A stretch of 64,000 bases of DNA from contig CM097885.1 in NCBI GenBank assembly GCA_044892525.1, positions 238,268,001 to 238,332,000 on the forward strand, given 5' to 3'. Under the pieces are notes generated by a model. It saw only the letters and a program-made list of their open reading frames with translations, searched no databases and was not told the DNA's origin. Below, in pieces: positions 32,741-43,246 of this stretch. This stretch comes from Schmidtea polychroa (taxonomy: Eukaryota). The position numbers and the translations under genes are program-made. How positions within the stretch are numbered: position 1 is the stretch's first letter; each line of letters opens with the position of its first letter.

Positions 32741-33609
32741 ATTTTAAAATTTAATTACAAAATAATAGAAGGTGTTTGAGAATTGAAATTTTTTAATGAA
32801 AATTTTTATGAAATAATTTTTAAGTAAATTTTAATGGAAATTTTAATGAAATATTTTTCAATGGTAATTTATAATGGAAATTTTTATGGAATAATTTTTT
32901 AAGTAATTTTTAATGGAAATTTTTATGAAATATTTTTCAATGATAATTTTAGATGGAAATTTTTAAGATAATTTTTAATGAAAATTTTTATGAAATATTT
33001 TTCAAAGACAAATTTTAATAAAAATTCAACAACAAACCAACAACTTAGTACCAACAACCAGTAACTTACGAACATGTATTAACAACCAGATACCTACAAC
33101 TAGTTACTAACAACTAGTTACATGATACTAAGTAAATACAACCACCTAACAAGTACTAACAACCAAAAACAAGAGTAGTGTGGTTATATACCCAACCAAA
33201 ACAGCCCTCCCAACAAAACATGCCTCCAAATCACTTAAGCTATTAGAAAAACAACCTAAAACTTATACTTTTATAGTATTTTAACCCTATATTTTGAAAA
33301 CAACCACCCTTAATGACTCTAACTGTTTTAATCTTTAAAGCCTCAAACTCAAAAGCTTCAAACTAAAAACATAAAGAGAATAGAAAAGAAAATGGTATTA
33401 TGAAAAAGTTAGAAGGCTACTTGAGGATGCCAACTAGCAAGTTGCTAATTGGCTAATTAAAAAAAATAAATGAAATCTTAATCTTGATGTCTTGAAGAAT
33501 AAAAAATTTTATGAAAATAGTAAAACTGCTCTGAGAGGACAGTGGTATTTTTTTTTTTTCACTGTCCTCTCAACAGTTTTTTTTATCCGGATCATTTTTT
33601 TTTATTTTA

Positions 33610-33890
33610 ACCTCTTTCGTTTATCGAATCTCTTCCAATATACAAGCTGGCCAGACTCATACATCAGAATCAATCCGATAATAGCAGCACACCTTATTAT
33701 TCGCTTCTCGCTCACGAAGTCGATTTCAACGGCGTTTTAAGCGTGCTGCTCGAAAGTACAAATGAATTCGAAAGCGAATCCGAAAGAGGTCCGAAAACAA
33801 CTGAGAAATAAATGTGCACATTACCGGGATCGATCCGGGGGTGTTCGAAAGACAGGTGGCGATAATTGCCGGTTCGCCACCATCACCCGT
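33610..33890 (-). ncRNA. Candidate structured Pol III RNA (left TIR copy of 47801-48080)
   Basis: Mirror image of the GC-rich structured island in the right TIR. Confidence 0.5.
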
Positions 33891-34053
33891 TTCAATAATT
33901 TTTTTTTCATATTTATGTTTAAAAAATAATTAATTAATAAAAAAATAAAATAAAATAAAATAAATAAAATAAAATATACAAGTACTTTATAAATATAAGA
34001 TACCCACACTATTATTTTCAAATTTTTAATATTATTTTATGTTGAAAAAAAAC

Positions 34054-34128
34054 TAACCACAGTTAGGATTTGAACCGCTATCCATTTGAACCACGGTGCC
34101 GGTCTAGCCCACTGCACTATCTAGGATT
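34054..34128 (-). ncRNA. tRNA-like Pol III unit (left TIR copy)
   Basis: A box TAGTGCAGTGG, B box GGTTCAAATCC, T-run terminator; mirror of 47563-47637. Confidence 0.7.
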
Positions 34129-34247
34129 GGATTTTTGTTATTTTTTAAATTTTTAATTAATAAAAAAATAAAATAAAATATACAAGTACTTTATAAATAT
34201 AAGATACCCACACTATTTTCAATATTATTTTATGTTGAAAAAAAAAC

Positions 34248-34321
34248 TAACCTCAGATGTGATTTGAACCGCTAGCATTTTGAACCACTGTGTCAGTCTA
34301 GCCCACTGCGCCATCAAGGTT
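34248..34321 (-). ncRNA. tRNA-like Pol III unit (diverged tandem duplicate)
   Basis: A box TGGCGCAGTGG, B box GGTTCAAATCAC, acceptor-like stem AACCTTG/TGAGGTT, T-run. Lies in a ~195-bp tandem duplication. Confidence 0.7.
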
Positions 34322-34426
34322 TGGATTTTTTGTCATTTTTTAAATTTTTATTATAAAAAATGAATAATATAAATCTTAAAAAATAAAATGAAAACAGGGT
34401 ATCCAATAAAAAATTTTTTTCTAAAA

Positions 34427-37400
34427 ATGAATTGTAATATTTGCAATAAAGGTTTTAAAAATAAAACTGGATTAATTTCTCACTTAAAATCGAAAGCTCA
34501 TTTATTAAAAGAAAATAATCTTAATGATACAAATTCAAAACTTTGTCTTAAATGTCAAGGAAGATTTCTACATTCTGGATATAATAAACATTTTGAAAAT
34601 TGTATCGGGAAAAATAGAGAAATATTTACATGTACTCATTGTAACTTTTCAACAAAACTAAATTTCTATTATTTAGAACATATAAAAGAATGTAAAAATA
34701 AAAAACAAAATTCTGACGATGAGGAATGTCATTCAGAAGGAGAACCTGATCATGTTGAAAGAGAAAAATATAACTGGGATAATTTTAATCATATAGATGA
34801 ATTTCAATTAAAAATTAATGGGCCTGCAACTCCTGGAGAATATATAAATAAAAATAAAAAAAATATTAAAAATTCTTTCACTGAAGCTTTAAAAAATTAT
34901 AAACCGACAAGGTATAATGTTATAAAATATAAAATTATAATCAAAGCAAAATACTGGCGACGAGCAGAAGAAAAGACAACACCCTTAGATGTTGAAATTG
35001 GAATACCTTTTAAATATTTATTTTCAATTAAAGGATTTGATAAAACCATCAAAGAAATAATTAAAGCAGCAGAAGCAAAACAAGAGGAAGTAGAAAATGA
35101 ATTAGGAGATTCAAACTTAGTATTCAACTCTTTCCAAACTTTAGTGATTGATTATTGGAGAGGATTACCACCCAATCCTAAATCTTATATTCCTACACCC
35201 TTTAAATCTAAAAATGTTATAAATGTACAGAATAATGATAACAAATGTTTCATCTGGTCAATACTTGCACATTTACATCCTCAAGCAACAAATCCCCAAA
35301 GAGTTTCAAAATACAAACAATATGAAAATGAATTAATATTTCCCAAAGGATTCAAACACCCAATGAAACTAGAAGACATTCCAGAATTTGAAAAATTAAA
35401 TAATCTTAAACTTAATATTTATGAACATGTTATAGGGAAAGAAATTATTCCAATTTATATTTCAGATAGTGGAACCAAGGATAACGGAGCACAGGACAAC
35501 GAGATATATCTTTTAATCTTGGAACAAGAAAATAATCAACATTATGTTTTAATAAAAAACTTTCAAGCTTTTACATCTCCAGAGAATCCAACTAGTGGAG
35601 GAGGAACATGTAAAAGATGTCTTCATTATTCAACAACTAAAAACTCTATGATTAAACATACAAGATTTTGTGAAAAAGATGATCCAGCTTTAATTAAAAT
35701 GCCTAATAATCCCAAGATGTATTTTAAAAACTTTTCAAATTTACTACAAACAGTTGGAGTTCTTTATGGTGACTTTGAATCTATAAACCATAAACAAGAT
35801 TTGGTTTATCAATATTTAAAAATAATAGAAAAAAATAAACTCATGGATTTATGGAACTCCTCAGGAGAGAAGATGAAACCAGAGAGGATGAAAGCCTTTC
35901 TAAGAAAAAGAAACAAACCTAATAGTGTTAAAAAAACTAAACAATTACCATCTGCTTATAAATTATTATTTAAAAGTAATTATCCTGAACTCATAGAATC
36001 TAGAGAATATTCAATTCTAGGAGGTACCCCTGAAGAAGTCTTGAATCATTTTACTAAAAATATAAATGATCTAGAACATGAAATATTTAAAATATTAAAA
36101 ACAAAGTATCCTCAAAATATTTCTAATCAACAACAACAAGAATATGAAAATACTTCCAACTGTTGGATGTGTAAACAGAATATTCTTCCTGATGAAAAAG
36201 TTATAGATCATGATCATTTAAAAAAGGAAAATAATTATCGAGGAGCAGCTCATAAAAATTGCAATCTTAATTGCCATACTCCTAAATTTATACCTGTTAT
36301 ATTTCATAATCTTTTTGGATATGACATACATCTATTTATTAAACACCTCGCAGCAAATGCTAAAAACTCTTTCAAAGTTATCGGCTTAACAAAGGAAAAA
36401 TATAAATCAATTGAATATGGAAAATTAAAATTTATAGACTCGTTAAACTTTCTTCAAATGTCTTTAGATGCAGTAGCAAAAACAATGAAACCAGAAAATT
36501 TTAAAATCACTCGAGAATTCTTGGAAAAAAATAATATTCCTCTAGAAGAATATCCTACATGTTTAGCAAAAGGAATATATCCTTATGACTATGTTGACTC
36601 GTTTGAAAGATATAATGAAACAAGTCTTCCTAGCCAAGAAGATTTCTATTCACAACTTCAAAAAAATCATATTACAAATCAAGAATATTCTCGAGCAAAT
36701 AAAATGTGGGAATTATTCAAGTGTAAAACTTTAGGAGAATATACAAGTATGTATTTATCCTTGGATGTTTATATTCTAGCAGATTGCTTTGAAGAATTTA
36801 CAAACTCTTTTGTTCTTAAACCTTATAATTATATAACTGCACCCTCTTTAGCTTGGGATACTATGTTATATACCATTTGGACTTCAAATATAGAAGATGC
36901 TGATAAAATTATAGATCTTTTAACTAACCTCGATATGTTTAACCAAATTAAAACAAACATTAGAGGAGGAGTCTCTTCAGTAATGGGGAATAGAGAAATA
37001 AAAGCTAGAAATGCAATAACTACTAGCCGAAGACTATCTAAACACCCTGATGATCCATATATGAAAATTAACAATGAGGAATTAAAAGAATTATTAGAAA
37101 CAATGAAAAATCCTATATTTATACTTTATATAGATGCAACAGCTTTATATTCAGGAATTATGACTCAATATTTACCAATGAGTGATTTCACTGAAATAGA
37201 GAACCCAACAGATGACCTTATGAAAGAAATACTTTCAACATCGAAAGATTCTCCAATAGGTTACTTTATAGAATGTGACCTCGACTATCCAGATGATATA
37301 AAATCAGGAACAAGATATTTTCCTTTAGCTCCCATAAGAAGAAAGATTGATATCAACGAACTTTCTGAATGGCAAATCTCACAAGATAAACCTCCAACAA

Positions 37401-38707
37401 TGAAACTTCTTTGTGATCAAACAGATCGAAGGTTTTATCTTTGTCACTATAGACTCCTCCAATTTTATCTCTCACGAGGAATGATATTAAAAAAAGTTCA
37501 TAGTGTCATAAGATTTAAACAAGCTCCATTCATGAAAGCTTTTATCGAGGAGAACATTAGGTGTCGAAACATTGCAAAAAGAGAAGGTAACCTTTTTAAA
37601 GATAATAATTATAAAATTTTAAACAATTCAGTATTTGGGAAAACAATGGAGAATGTTGATAAATATACTCATATTGAACTCCTAACAAATACTACCAAAG
37701 ATATTAAGCGTTATAATCGCATGCTAGGAAAGCCTACATTTAAAAACGCACAAGTATTTTCTGAAAATCTTACTGCAGTAGAATTAAAAAATTATGAGAA
37801 AACATATAACAAACCAATATTTATAGGGTTTACAATTTTAGAACTTTCAAAATTACAAATGTATGAAACATATTATAACATCTTACAACCTATATACGGA
37901 GCAAATATATCAATGCATGCAATGGATACAGATTCAATGTTTTTAACAATAAGAACTCATGATTTACAAAAGGATATGAAAGAAAATCCTATACTTTCAA
38001 ATTTAATAAATTCATCTGGAGAACTATTTTCGTTTAAAGATGAAAAACCTTTTACTCCTATAGAAAATGGAATATTTATTCGTGCTAAACAATATTCATA
38101 CGAAACATTTAGAAACCCTGAATTTATAACTAGATCATTTATATTTAAAACTCCAGAAACAGAAGAAACCATTACACATAGATATCCTATATTTCCTAAA
38201 GAAGAAAAACCTGTAAAGGATAACAGATGTAAAGGAATACAGAGAGTGGTGGCAAAGAATCTTTCTCATCAAGATTATATAGATACATTGAATCCAAATC
38301 ATAAAGATAAAATTGATGAAATACATCAACTTAAAAGTGAAAACCATGATATTCACTTGATAGAATCTCAAAAAGTATCATTATCAAATTATGATGATAA
38401 GAGATTCATACTAAGTGATTTAAAGACAACTCTACCTATTGGAAATAATTTAATCCCTATAATAAAAAATCTAGAAAAGTTGAATAAGTTATATGATACA
38501 AAGATTACTGATCTTGATATTTATAATGTTGAAATTATTTATCCCGAGAGAGAAATCGAGAAACCTTTATATTCTCAAGTTTTTAATCCTATATGTTTAG
38601 AACTTAAATATTTTAATACTGATCCTGAATATATAAAAGGTCTAAGTGATAAAGAATTTAAAGATCATAAATTAATGATTCATAGGTTGGCTTTCAACCA
38701 TAACTGA
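34427..38707 (+). CDS. Protein-primed family B DNA polymerase (pPolB) with N-terminal zinc fingers and OTU-like and endonuclease VII-like segments
   Basis: Motifs CNIC..H..H, NNDNKCFIWSIL, DHDH..YRGAAH..CN; exonuclease YGDFES, FHNLFGYD, YLSLDV; polymerase YIDATALYS, KILNNSVFGK, MDTDS. The ORF is open from 34388; 34427 is preferred as the start (see findings). Confidence 0.96.
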   Translation: MNCNICNKGFKNKTGLISHLKSKAHLLKENNLNDTNSKLCLKCQGRFLHSGYNKHFENCIGKNREIFTCTHCNFSTKLNFYYLEHIKECKNKKQNSDDEECHSEGEPDHVEREKYNWDNFNHIDEFQLKINGPATPGEYINKNKKNIKNSFTEALKNYKPTRYNVIKYKIIIKAKYWRRAEEKTTPLDVEIGIPFKYLFSIKGFDKTIKEIIKAAEAKQEEVENELGDSNLVFNSFQTLVIDYWRGLPPNPKSYIPTPFKSKNVINVQNNDNKCFIWSILAHLHPQATNPQRVSKYKQYENELIFPKGFKHPMKLEDIPEFEKLNNLKLNIYEHVIGKEIIPIYISDSGTKDNGAQDNEIYLLILEQENNQHYVLIKNFQAFTSPENPTSGGGTCKRCLHYSTTKNSMIKHTRFCEKDDPALIKMPNNPKMYFKNFSNLLQTVGVLYGDFESINHKQDLVYQYLKIIEKNKLMDLWNSSGEKMKPERMKAFLRKRNKPNSVKKTKQLPSAYKLLFKSNYPELIESREYSILGGTPEEVLNHFTKNINDLEHEIFKILKTKYPQNISNQQQQEYENTSNCWMCKQNILPDEKVIDHDHLKKENNYRGAAHKNCNLNCHTPKFIPVIFHNLFGYDIHLFIKHLAANAKNSFKVIGLTKEKYKSIEYGKLKFIDSLNFLQMSLDAVAKTMKPENFKITREFLEKNNIPLEEYPTCLAKGIYPYDYVDSFERYNETSLPSQEDFYSQLQKNHITNQEYSRANKMWELFKCKTLGEYTSMYLSLDVYILADCFEEFTNSFVLKPYNYITAPSLAWDTMLYTIWTSNIEDADKIIDLLTNLDMFNQIKTNIRGGVSSVMGNREIKARNAITTSRRLSKHPDDPYMKINNEELKELLETMKNPIFILYIDATALYSGIMTQYLPMSDFTEIENPTDDLMKEILSTSKDSPIGYFIECDLDYPDDIKSGTRYFPLAPIRRKIDINELSEWQISQDKPPTMKLLCDQTDRRFYLCHYRLLQFYLSRGMILKKVHSVIRFKQAPFMKAFIEENIRCRNIAKREGNLFKDNNYKILNNSVFGKTMENVDKYTHIELLTNTTKDIKRYNRMLGKPTFKNAQVFSENLTAVELKNYEKTYNKPIFIGFTILELSKLQMYETYYNILQPIYGANISMHAMDTDSMFLTIRTHDLQKDMKENPILSNLINSSGELFSFKDEKPFTPIENGIFIRAKQYSYETFRNPEFITRSFIFKTPETEETITHRYPIFPKEEKPVKDNRCKGIQRVVAKNLSHQDYIDTLNPNHKDKIDEIHQLKSENHDIHLIESQKVSLSNYDDKRFILSDLKTTLPIGNNLIPIIKNLEKLNKLYDTKITDLDIYNVEIIYPEREIEKPLYSQVFNPICLELKYFNTDPEYIKGLSDKEFKDHKLMIHRLAFNHN

Positions 38708-38793
38708 AACCAACGATATTTAATAATAAAATGTCGACAATTAATTTAAGCAACTATAGCAACCTGATCTACTTTTTTAAAAATACACCCATT

Positions 38794-39405
38794 TTATAAG
38801 TAAGAATTCTTTAACCATTTTTCTCGAGATGTTTTTTTATTACTTATAACATTAGCCACCATGCCCTCCCTTTTTAATCTTATAACCTCATTCTTTATAT
38901 CTTGTATTATTTGATTTGATTTCATTATTTCTTCGTCTGTCAGGATTCCATCTTCCAAAGCTTTTAATTGAAATAAAAATAATTTAGAGATTCCTAATTC
39001 TATTGATAAACAAACTTCTCTATATAAACTTTTCTTTTTAGAAGTATAAGATAATGAAACTATTTCAGTTAAGAAACCATCAGCCACAGAAATACTTCCA
39101 AGTATTACAGGTGCAAGAGTAACAACTGGTAAAGTTATGGGTAAAATAACTGTTAATATTGCAGATGCAAATCCTAAAGAATAACCTATAACTTTTAAAA
39201 CTGTATTCCCTTTATTCCATCTATTTTTAATTTTTTTATAATGCTTTAATAAATCTTTTAAATGTAAGGTTTCTGATTTAAATTCTTTTACTCTCATAAT
39301 TTCAAGTTCTGTGGGAGCCGAGGCCTTGGAACCTTTGTGACCTTCGGAATAATATCCTGATGATCTCAATTCTGGGTAAATTTTTTCTTCTCTTACTTCT
39401 TCCAT
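38794..39405 (-). CDS. Polinton membrane protein, two hydrophobic helices
   Basis: 203 aa; hydrophobic stretch VIGYSLGFASAILTVILPITLPVVTLAPVILGSISV followed by KALEDGILTDEE. Function not assignable. Confidence 0.75.
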   Translation of the reverse strand: MEEVREEKIYPELRSSGYYSEGHKGSKASAPTELEIMRVKEFKSETLHLKDLLKHYKKIKNRWNKGNTVLKVIGYSLGFASAILTVILPITLPVVTLAPVILGSISVADGFLTEIVSLSYTSKKKSLYREVCLSIELGISKLFLFQLKALEDGILTDEEIMKSNQIIQDIKNEVIRLKREGMVANVISNKKTSREKWLKNSYL

Positions 39406-39413
39406 TTTAATAA

Positions 39414-40424
39414 TTAAAAAAATAAGACTTTATTCTTCTGAGCACCATCTGGCACCAATACTCGGATATCAAAAGAAACTCTTGTTGAGAGGATATCTTT
39501 ATACAATTCTCTCAATGCTTTACGAACTTCATCAACATCAACCTTTTTTTCATAAAATATTAAATCTATATATTGTACAAGTGAACTAGAAAAATGAATA
39601 TTCTTACTTTTAACTTTATGTAGTCCATGTGAATGAGTATTAACATACCAATCTCCGTGTGGTAAATCATAACTAGTCATTATAACATCACCCTTTTCAA
39701 GCTTACTATTATAATCACATTTCACAAACCATTTCATTCTTTCATTATCATCATCAAACAAAAAGAAATAAGGATCAATAATTTTTACAACCATAAAAAC
39801 ACCCCATTCTTTACTGTTTGTTGTTATTAAACTTGGTTCTATAAAATGTTTATATGTATGGGGTAATAATGTTTTATTCTGTTCTAATTCAGCAGCTCTT
39901 TTTCTAATACTATGTGTGGTGTTAATGTGTGTTCCATGAGACTCTAAATTTGAAATTCTTTTATTAAATGATGTAATCATCTCATTTATTATTTTATATA
40001 TTGTATTAAATTTAGTATTCATAATTTGTTTATCTTTAGAATTTAATATAGCAGTATTTAACTTTACAACTTGTTCAGTTAACAGACTTTGTAACTTGTC
40101 AAATTTATCATTAAATCGTTGTTCGATATTATTAAGCTTTGATTCCATTGAATCAATTTTTGTTGTTAATGAACTTTCAATTCTTGTTGTTGTTAAATCA
40201 GTATATTTTTTAACACCATCTACATATTTCTTATTAACTGCATCAGCTTCATCAGTTGGAAAAGATAATTCTTTTATCTTGTGTCCATTTAAAATTAAAT
40301 CACCCTTCATTGAATCACCTCTTTCATTAATATATTTATTTTCTGTTAAAGTTAATATTTCTTCTGTATTAAACCCTGTTTTTATTGTTCCACCACCTCT
40401 ATTACATGGAATATAAGAACTCAT
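39414..40424 (-). CDS. Putative fiber/spike-like virion protein
   Basis: GDSMKGDLILNGHKIKELSFPTDEADAVNKKYVD resembles trimeric fiber/adhesin neck motifs; followed by a long coiled coil and a globular C-terminus; adjacent to the minor capsid gene. Confidence 0.65.
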   Translation of the reverse strand: MSSYIPCNRGGGTIKTGFNTEEILTLTENKYINERGDSMKGDLILNGHKIKELSFPTDEADAVNKKYVDGVKKYTDLTTTRIESSLTTKIDSMESKLNNIEQRFNDKFDKLQSLLTEQVVKLNTAILNSKDKQIMNTKFNTIYKIINEMITSFNKRISNLESHGTHINTTHSIRKRAAELEQNKTLLPHTYKHFIEPSLITTNSKEWGVFMVVKIIDPYFFLFDDDNERMKWFVKCDYNSKLEKGDVIMTSYDLPHGDWYVNTHSHGLHKVKSKNIHFSSSLVQYIDLIFYEKKVDVDEVRKALRELYKDILSTRVSFDIRVLVPDGAQKNKVLFF

Positions 40425-40448
40425 TTATTAATAATTTAAAATGAATCT

Positions 40449-41213
40449 TCAAACTTGTTTCAAATGTAAATACATTGAAATCTCTTCTCCATTAAAATCA
40501 ATCAATTCTCCTTCTTGATTAAGAATTTTAAAATTAATATCCATTATATATTTTCTACATAAAGGTAAATAATTTGGAGGATTCATTCTTTCAACTATTT
40601 TATATCCCATAGGAACTGTGTTTGAGGGAAAGGAATATAAAACATTTGTTTGTTTACCATTATTATAAGAACCTGTTATACAATCGCAATGAATATTTAT
40701 TGTGTTTGTATTTATTATTTTTATAATATGTTCTGATGTTATTATTTTATCTTCTTTTATTGTTATATCCATAGGTTTAAATCCTAAAACTGTGTGAAAG
40801 AAACAATTATCTAAAAAACTAATTTTTATATTCTTCAAAGTCATTACACATTTTGAAGTTGGTATATCCATTTTAATTTTAATACCTTCATTTGTTTTTT
40901 TAGAAAGTATATCATTTAAATCTTTTATCTCATATGCCCCAGGTTCTATTGTTATAATTTCTGGTTTATGCCCATCACGAGTTTGAATAGGAAATTTATT
41001 ATTATCTTTAGTTATATTAAAAATAGTGTTATAAGCACAAAACCATAATAGCCCCAATTCATAATTTAAATTTTGATCTAATTTAATTGAATCTTGAAAG
41101 TTTATAGTAAAGTCTGATTCTTTTGAATTTATAGATAAAGTTCTTGAATATTTATCTGACATTATGTTTACCATTTTTTTTAAATTATCTTCCGGAGGGT
41201 TGTGAAGCTCCAT
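40449..41213 (-). CDS. Minor capsid protein (penton-like, PX)
   Basis: INIHCDCITGSYNNG..VLYSF..GYKIVE..YLPL..ILNQEGELIDFNGE, typical of the Polinton single jelly-roll minor capsid protein. Confidence 0.88.
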   Translation of the reverse strand: MELHNPPEDNLKKMVNIMSDKYSRTLSINSKESDFTINFQDSIKLDQNLNYELGLLWFCAYNTIFNITKDNNKFPIQTRDGHKPEIITIEPGAYEIKDLNDILSKKTNEGIKIKMDIPTSKCVMTLKNIKISFLDNCFFHTVLGFKPMDITIKEDKIITSEHIIKIINTNTINIHCDCITGSYNNGKQTNVLYSFPSNTVPMGYKIVERMNPPNYLPLCRKYIMDINFKILNQEGELIDFNGEEISMYLHLKQV

Positions 41214-41261
41214 TTCTTTAGTAGTAAATTCATATAGTAAAAATCCTTATAGTAAAAATCC

Positions 41262-41726
41262 TTATGGTAGAGATTCTAGATCATTATAAATTTCTTGAAT
41301 TATAGATTCAAAATCCTGCGTATGCCCCTTTCCCTCTCCCTTATTCAATCTATACAAAACATATAAACTTAAAATACCACATATTTTAGTATTCAAAGGT
41401 TGAACTTGTAAAGAGTTAAAAGTATAACCATTTGGGGAATCAATCGGAGAACCCCTCAGGAGATAATCTTCAACTTCTTTAGTAGGTTTAATCCCAAAAG
41501 AATCAAAGTAGATAGATTTCTTATATATACAAACCCAATGAGATCCTTTTTCATTTGAATTTTGATAATTGATTATTATATTCAGGGGACTCTCCAGACT
41601 TGATAATTCATCATTCATTAATATTTTAATTTTTAAATTTAAATAATTTGCATAATCTTTTAAATCAAAATTTGTTTTTGCATTTATTCCAAATGTTTTT
41701 AAAAAATCTAATATTGAAGGAGTCAT
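41262..41726 (-). CDS. Adenain-like cysteine protease (PRO)
   Basis: GSHWV, YFDSFG and VQPLNTKICG supply the H/D/Q/C catalytic residues. Confidence 0.93.
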   Translation of the reverse strand: MTPSILDFLKTFGINAKTNFDLKDYANYLNLKIKILMNDELSSLESPLNIIINYQNSNEKGSHWVCIYKKSIYFDSFGIKPTKEVEDYLLRGSPIDSPNGYTFNSLQVQPLNTKICGILSLYVLYRLNKGEGKGHTQDFESIIQEIYNDLESLP

Positions 41727-41748
41727 TTTGTATTTTAAAACTTCGTAT

Positions 41749-42630
41749 TTATAACTTCGTATACTTATTAAATTTATCTTTTGAAATTATTCCTTGTTTT
41801 AACAAATCTTTAGAAATCTTTAAAATATCAGAATCTAAATTATTATGTCCTGCTTTCCTTGCAGCTAATAGTTTTCTTAATTCAATAAAAAGATTGATGG
41901 GATTTGGTTTACCACCTTCACTAATTAATCCCTCTCCCTCTGTAACAACATAACCCTTTTCATTTTTATTTAAATAATTCTTTAAATCTTGAATATATTT
42001 TGCTTTAGAACTAGCTCTTATTAATCTTATTAAATTTAAATATTTTTTAATTTCTTCAACATCATCTGAAGAATATCCACAAAGTAATCTATAAAAATCA
42101 TCTGTAAATTCAAAGTCTAAATATTCATTATTATAAACATTTTGTGAATGAATACGTGATTTATTTTCTGAATTTGAATATAAAGTAAAGTTTTGTTTAT
42201 TAATTGTTATTATTTGATATCCTTCAGTATTAGTATTAAATGTGGGTCTAATTGAAGGAGGTAAATCATCTCTAATTTTAGGATCAACTTTAAGAGGTTT
42301 TGTTTTTAAAAACATTTCTTCTTCTTCCACATTAGAAATTCTTCTGCGTTTTCTTTGATTTCTTTCAGGATGGTTTTCACTGGATTCTTTTTCTTTATCC
42401 TGCCACTCTAGTTCTTTTATTTTTTGTTTTTTATCTTCTAACTCTTTAAATTTTGCTTGCTCATTGAAATCTTCCAACTCTTTTATAGCTTTAATTGTTG
42501 GCCCCTGTTGTTGTGTTATTACCTCATTTAATATTATAGATTCAGCATGTTGAGTTGTATCTTTTTTATTATATTTATCTTGTTCTGATTGTAATTTTTT
42601 TAAAAGTGCTAATCTTTCTTCATATACCAT
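41749..42630 (-). CDS. Polinton hypothetical protein (possible virion core protein)
   Basis: 293 aa; GEGL motif and C-terminal LRKLLAARKAGHNN..LLKQGII. Confidence 0.7.
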   Translation of the reverse strand: MVYEERLALLKKLQSEQDKYNKKDTTQHAESIILNEVITQQQGPTIKAIKELEDFNEQAKFKELEDKKQKIKELEWQDKEKESSENHPERNQRKRRRISNVEEEEMFLKTKPLKVDPKIRDDLPPSIRPTFNTNTEGYQIITINKQNFTLYSNSENKSRIHSQNVYNNEYLDFEFTDDFYRLLCGYSSDDVEEIKKYLNLIRLIRASSKAKYIQDLKNYLNKNEKGYVVTEGEGLISEGGKPNPINLFIELRKLLAARKAGHNNLDSDILKISKDLLKQGIISKDKFNKYTKL

Positions 42631-42652
42631 TTTAATGGTATCAAAAATGGTA

Positions 42653-43231
42653 TCATAGTTCGAAGGGCTTCAAGTATAATCCTTTACCATTTTTAGTTTT
42701 ACAAAGGCATCCATTCTTTAAAGATTTACATATTTTTTTTAAATCTTCTTTATCTTTTGAAGATAAAGATTCAGATGTAGAAATTTGATTTTTTAAAAAT
42801 TCATTTAAACCTCTACCTTTATAAGGATCAAGATAGAGACCTTTGCCCTGAGACTTTTGCCGACTCCCCTCATATGGATTAAGATAGAGACCTTTTCCAA
42901 CGGACACTCCCCCTTTAGCTTGCCCTACCTTCTTCATTGAATCGATTTCAGTTTGTAGTTTTTCTTTTTCTAGGTCTGTCTTTTGAGATTCTTTAGCTTT
43001 TTGAACTGTAGTTGCAATTCCTCCAGCTATTCCAGCAGCACCTGATAAACCAGCAATGATTGCAGGTATTAAAGCAGCTAATGGAAGAATGCCACCTTCT
43101 TTAGCTTCGTGGAGCTTCGCTCTAACTTGTTCTTTTACATGTTTTCCAATAAAATATTTTTTACCATCAATTACTACTGATTTATTTTTATTTGAATTTA
43201 TTAATTCTTGCAAAGATTCTTCAGTTGTCAT
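42653..43231 (-). CDS. Putative virion core/membrane-active precursor with an adenovirus pX-like segment
   Basis: EGGILPLAALIPAIIAGLSGAAGIA resembles the adenovirus pX C-terminal GGILPLLIPLIAAAIGA; three GKGLYLxP repeats. Confidence 0.7.
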   Translation of the reverse strand: MTTEESLQELINSNKNKSVVIDGKKYFIGKHVKEQVRAKLHEAKEGGILPLAALIPAIIAGLSGAAGIAGGIATTVQKAKESQKTDLEKEKLQTEIDSMKKVGQAKGGVSVGKGLYLNPYEGSRQKSQGKGLYLDPYKGRGLNEFLKNQISTSESLSSKDKEDLKKICKSLKNGCLCKTKNGKGLYLKPFEL

Positions 43232-43246
43232 TTTATAATAAACAAA

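Larger units (their letters stand above)
33174..34147 (+). repeat. Left TIR of the inner Polinton (~974 bp)
   Basis: Reverse complement of 47544-48518; only a few substitutions or homopolymer differences were noticed. Confidence 0.96.
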
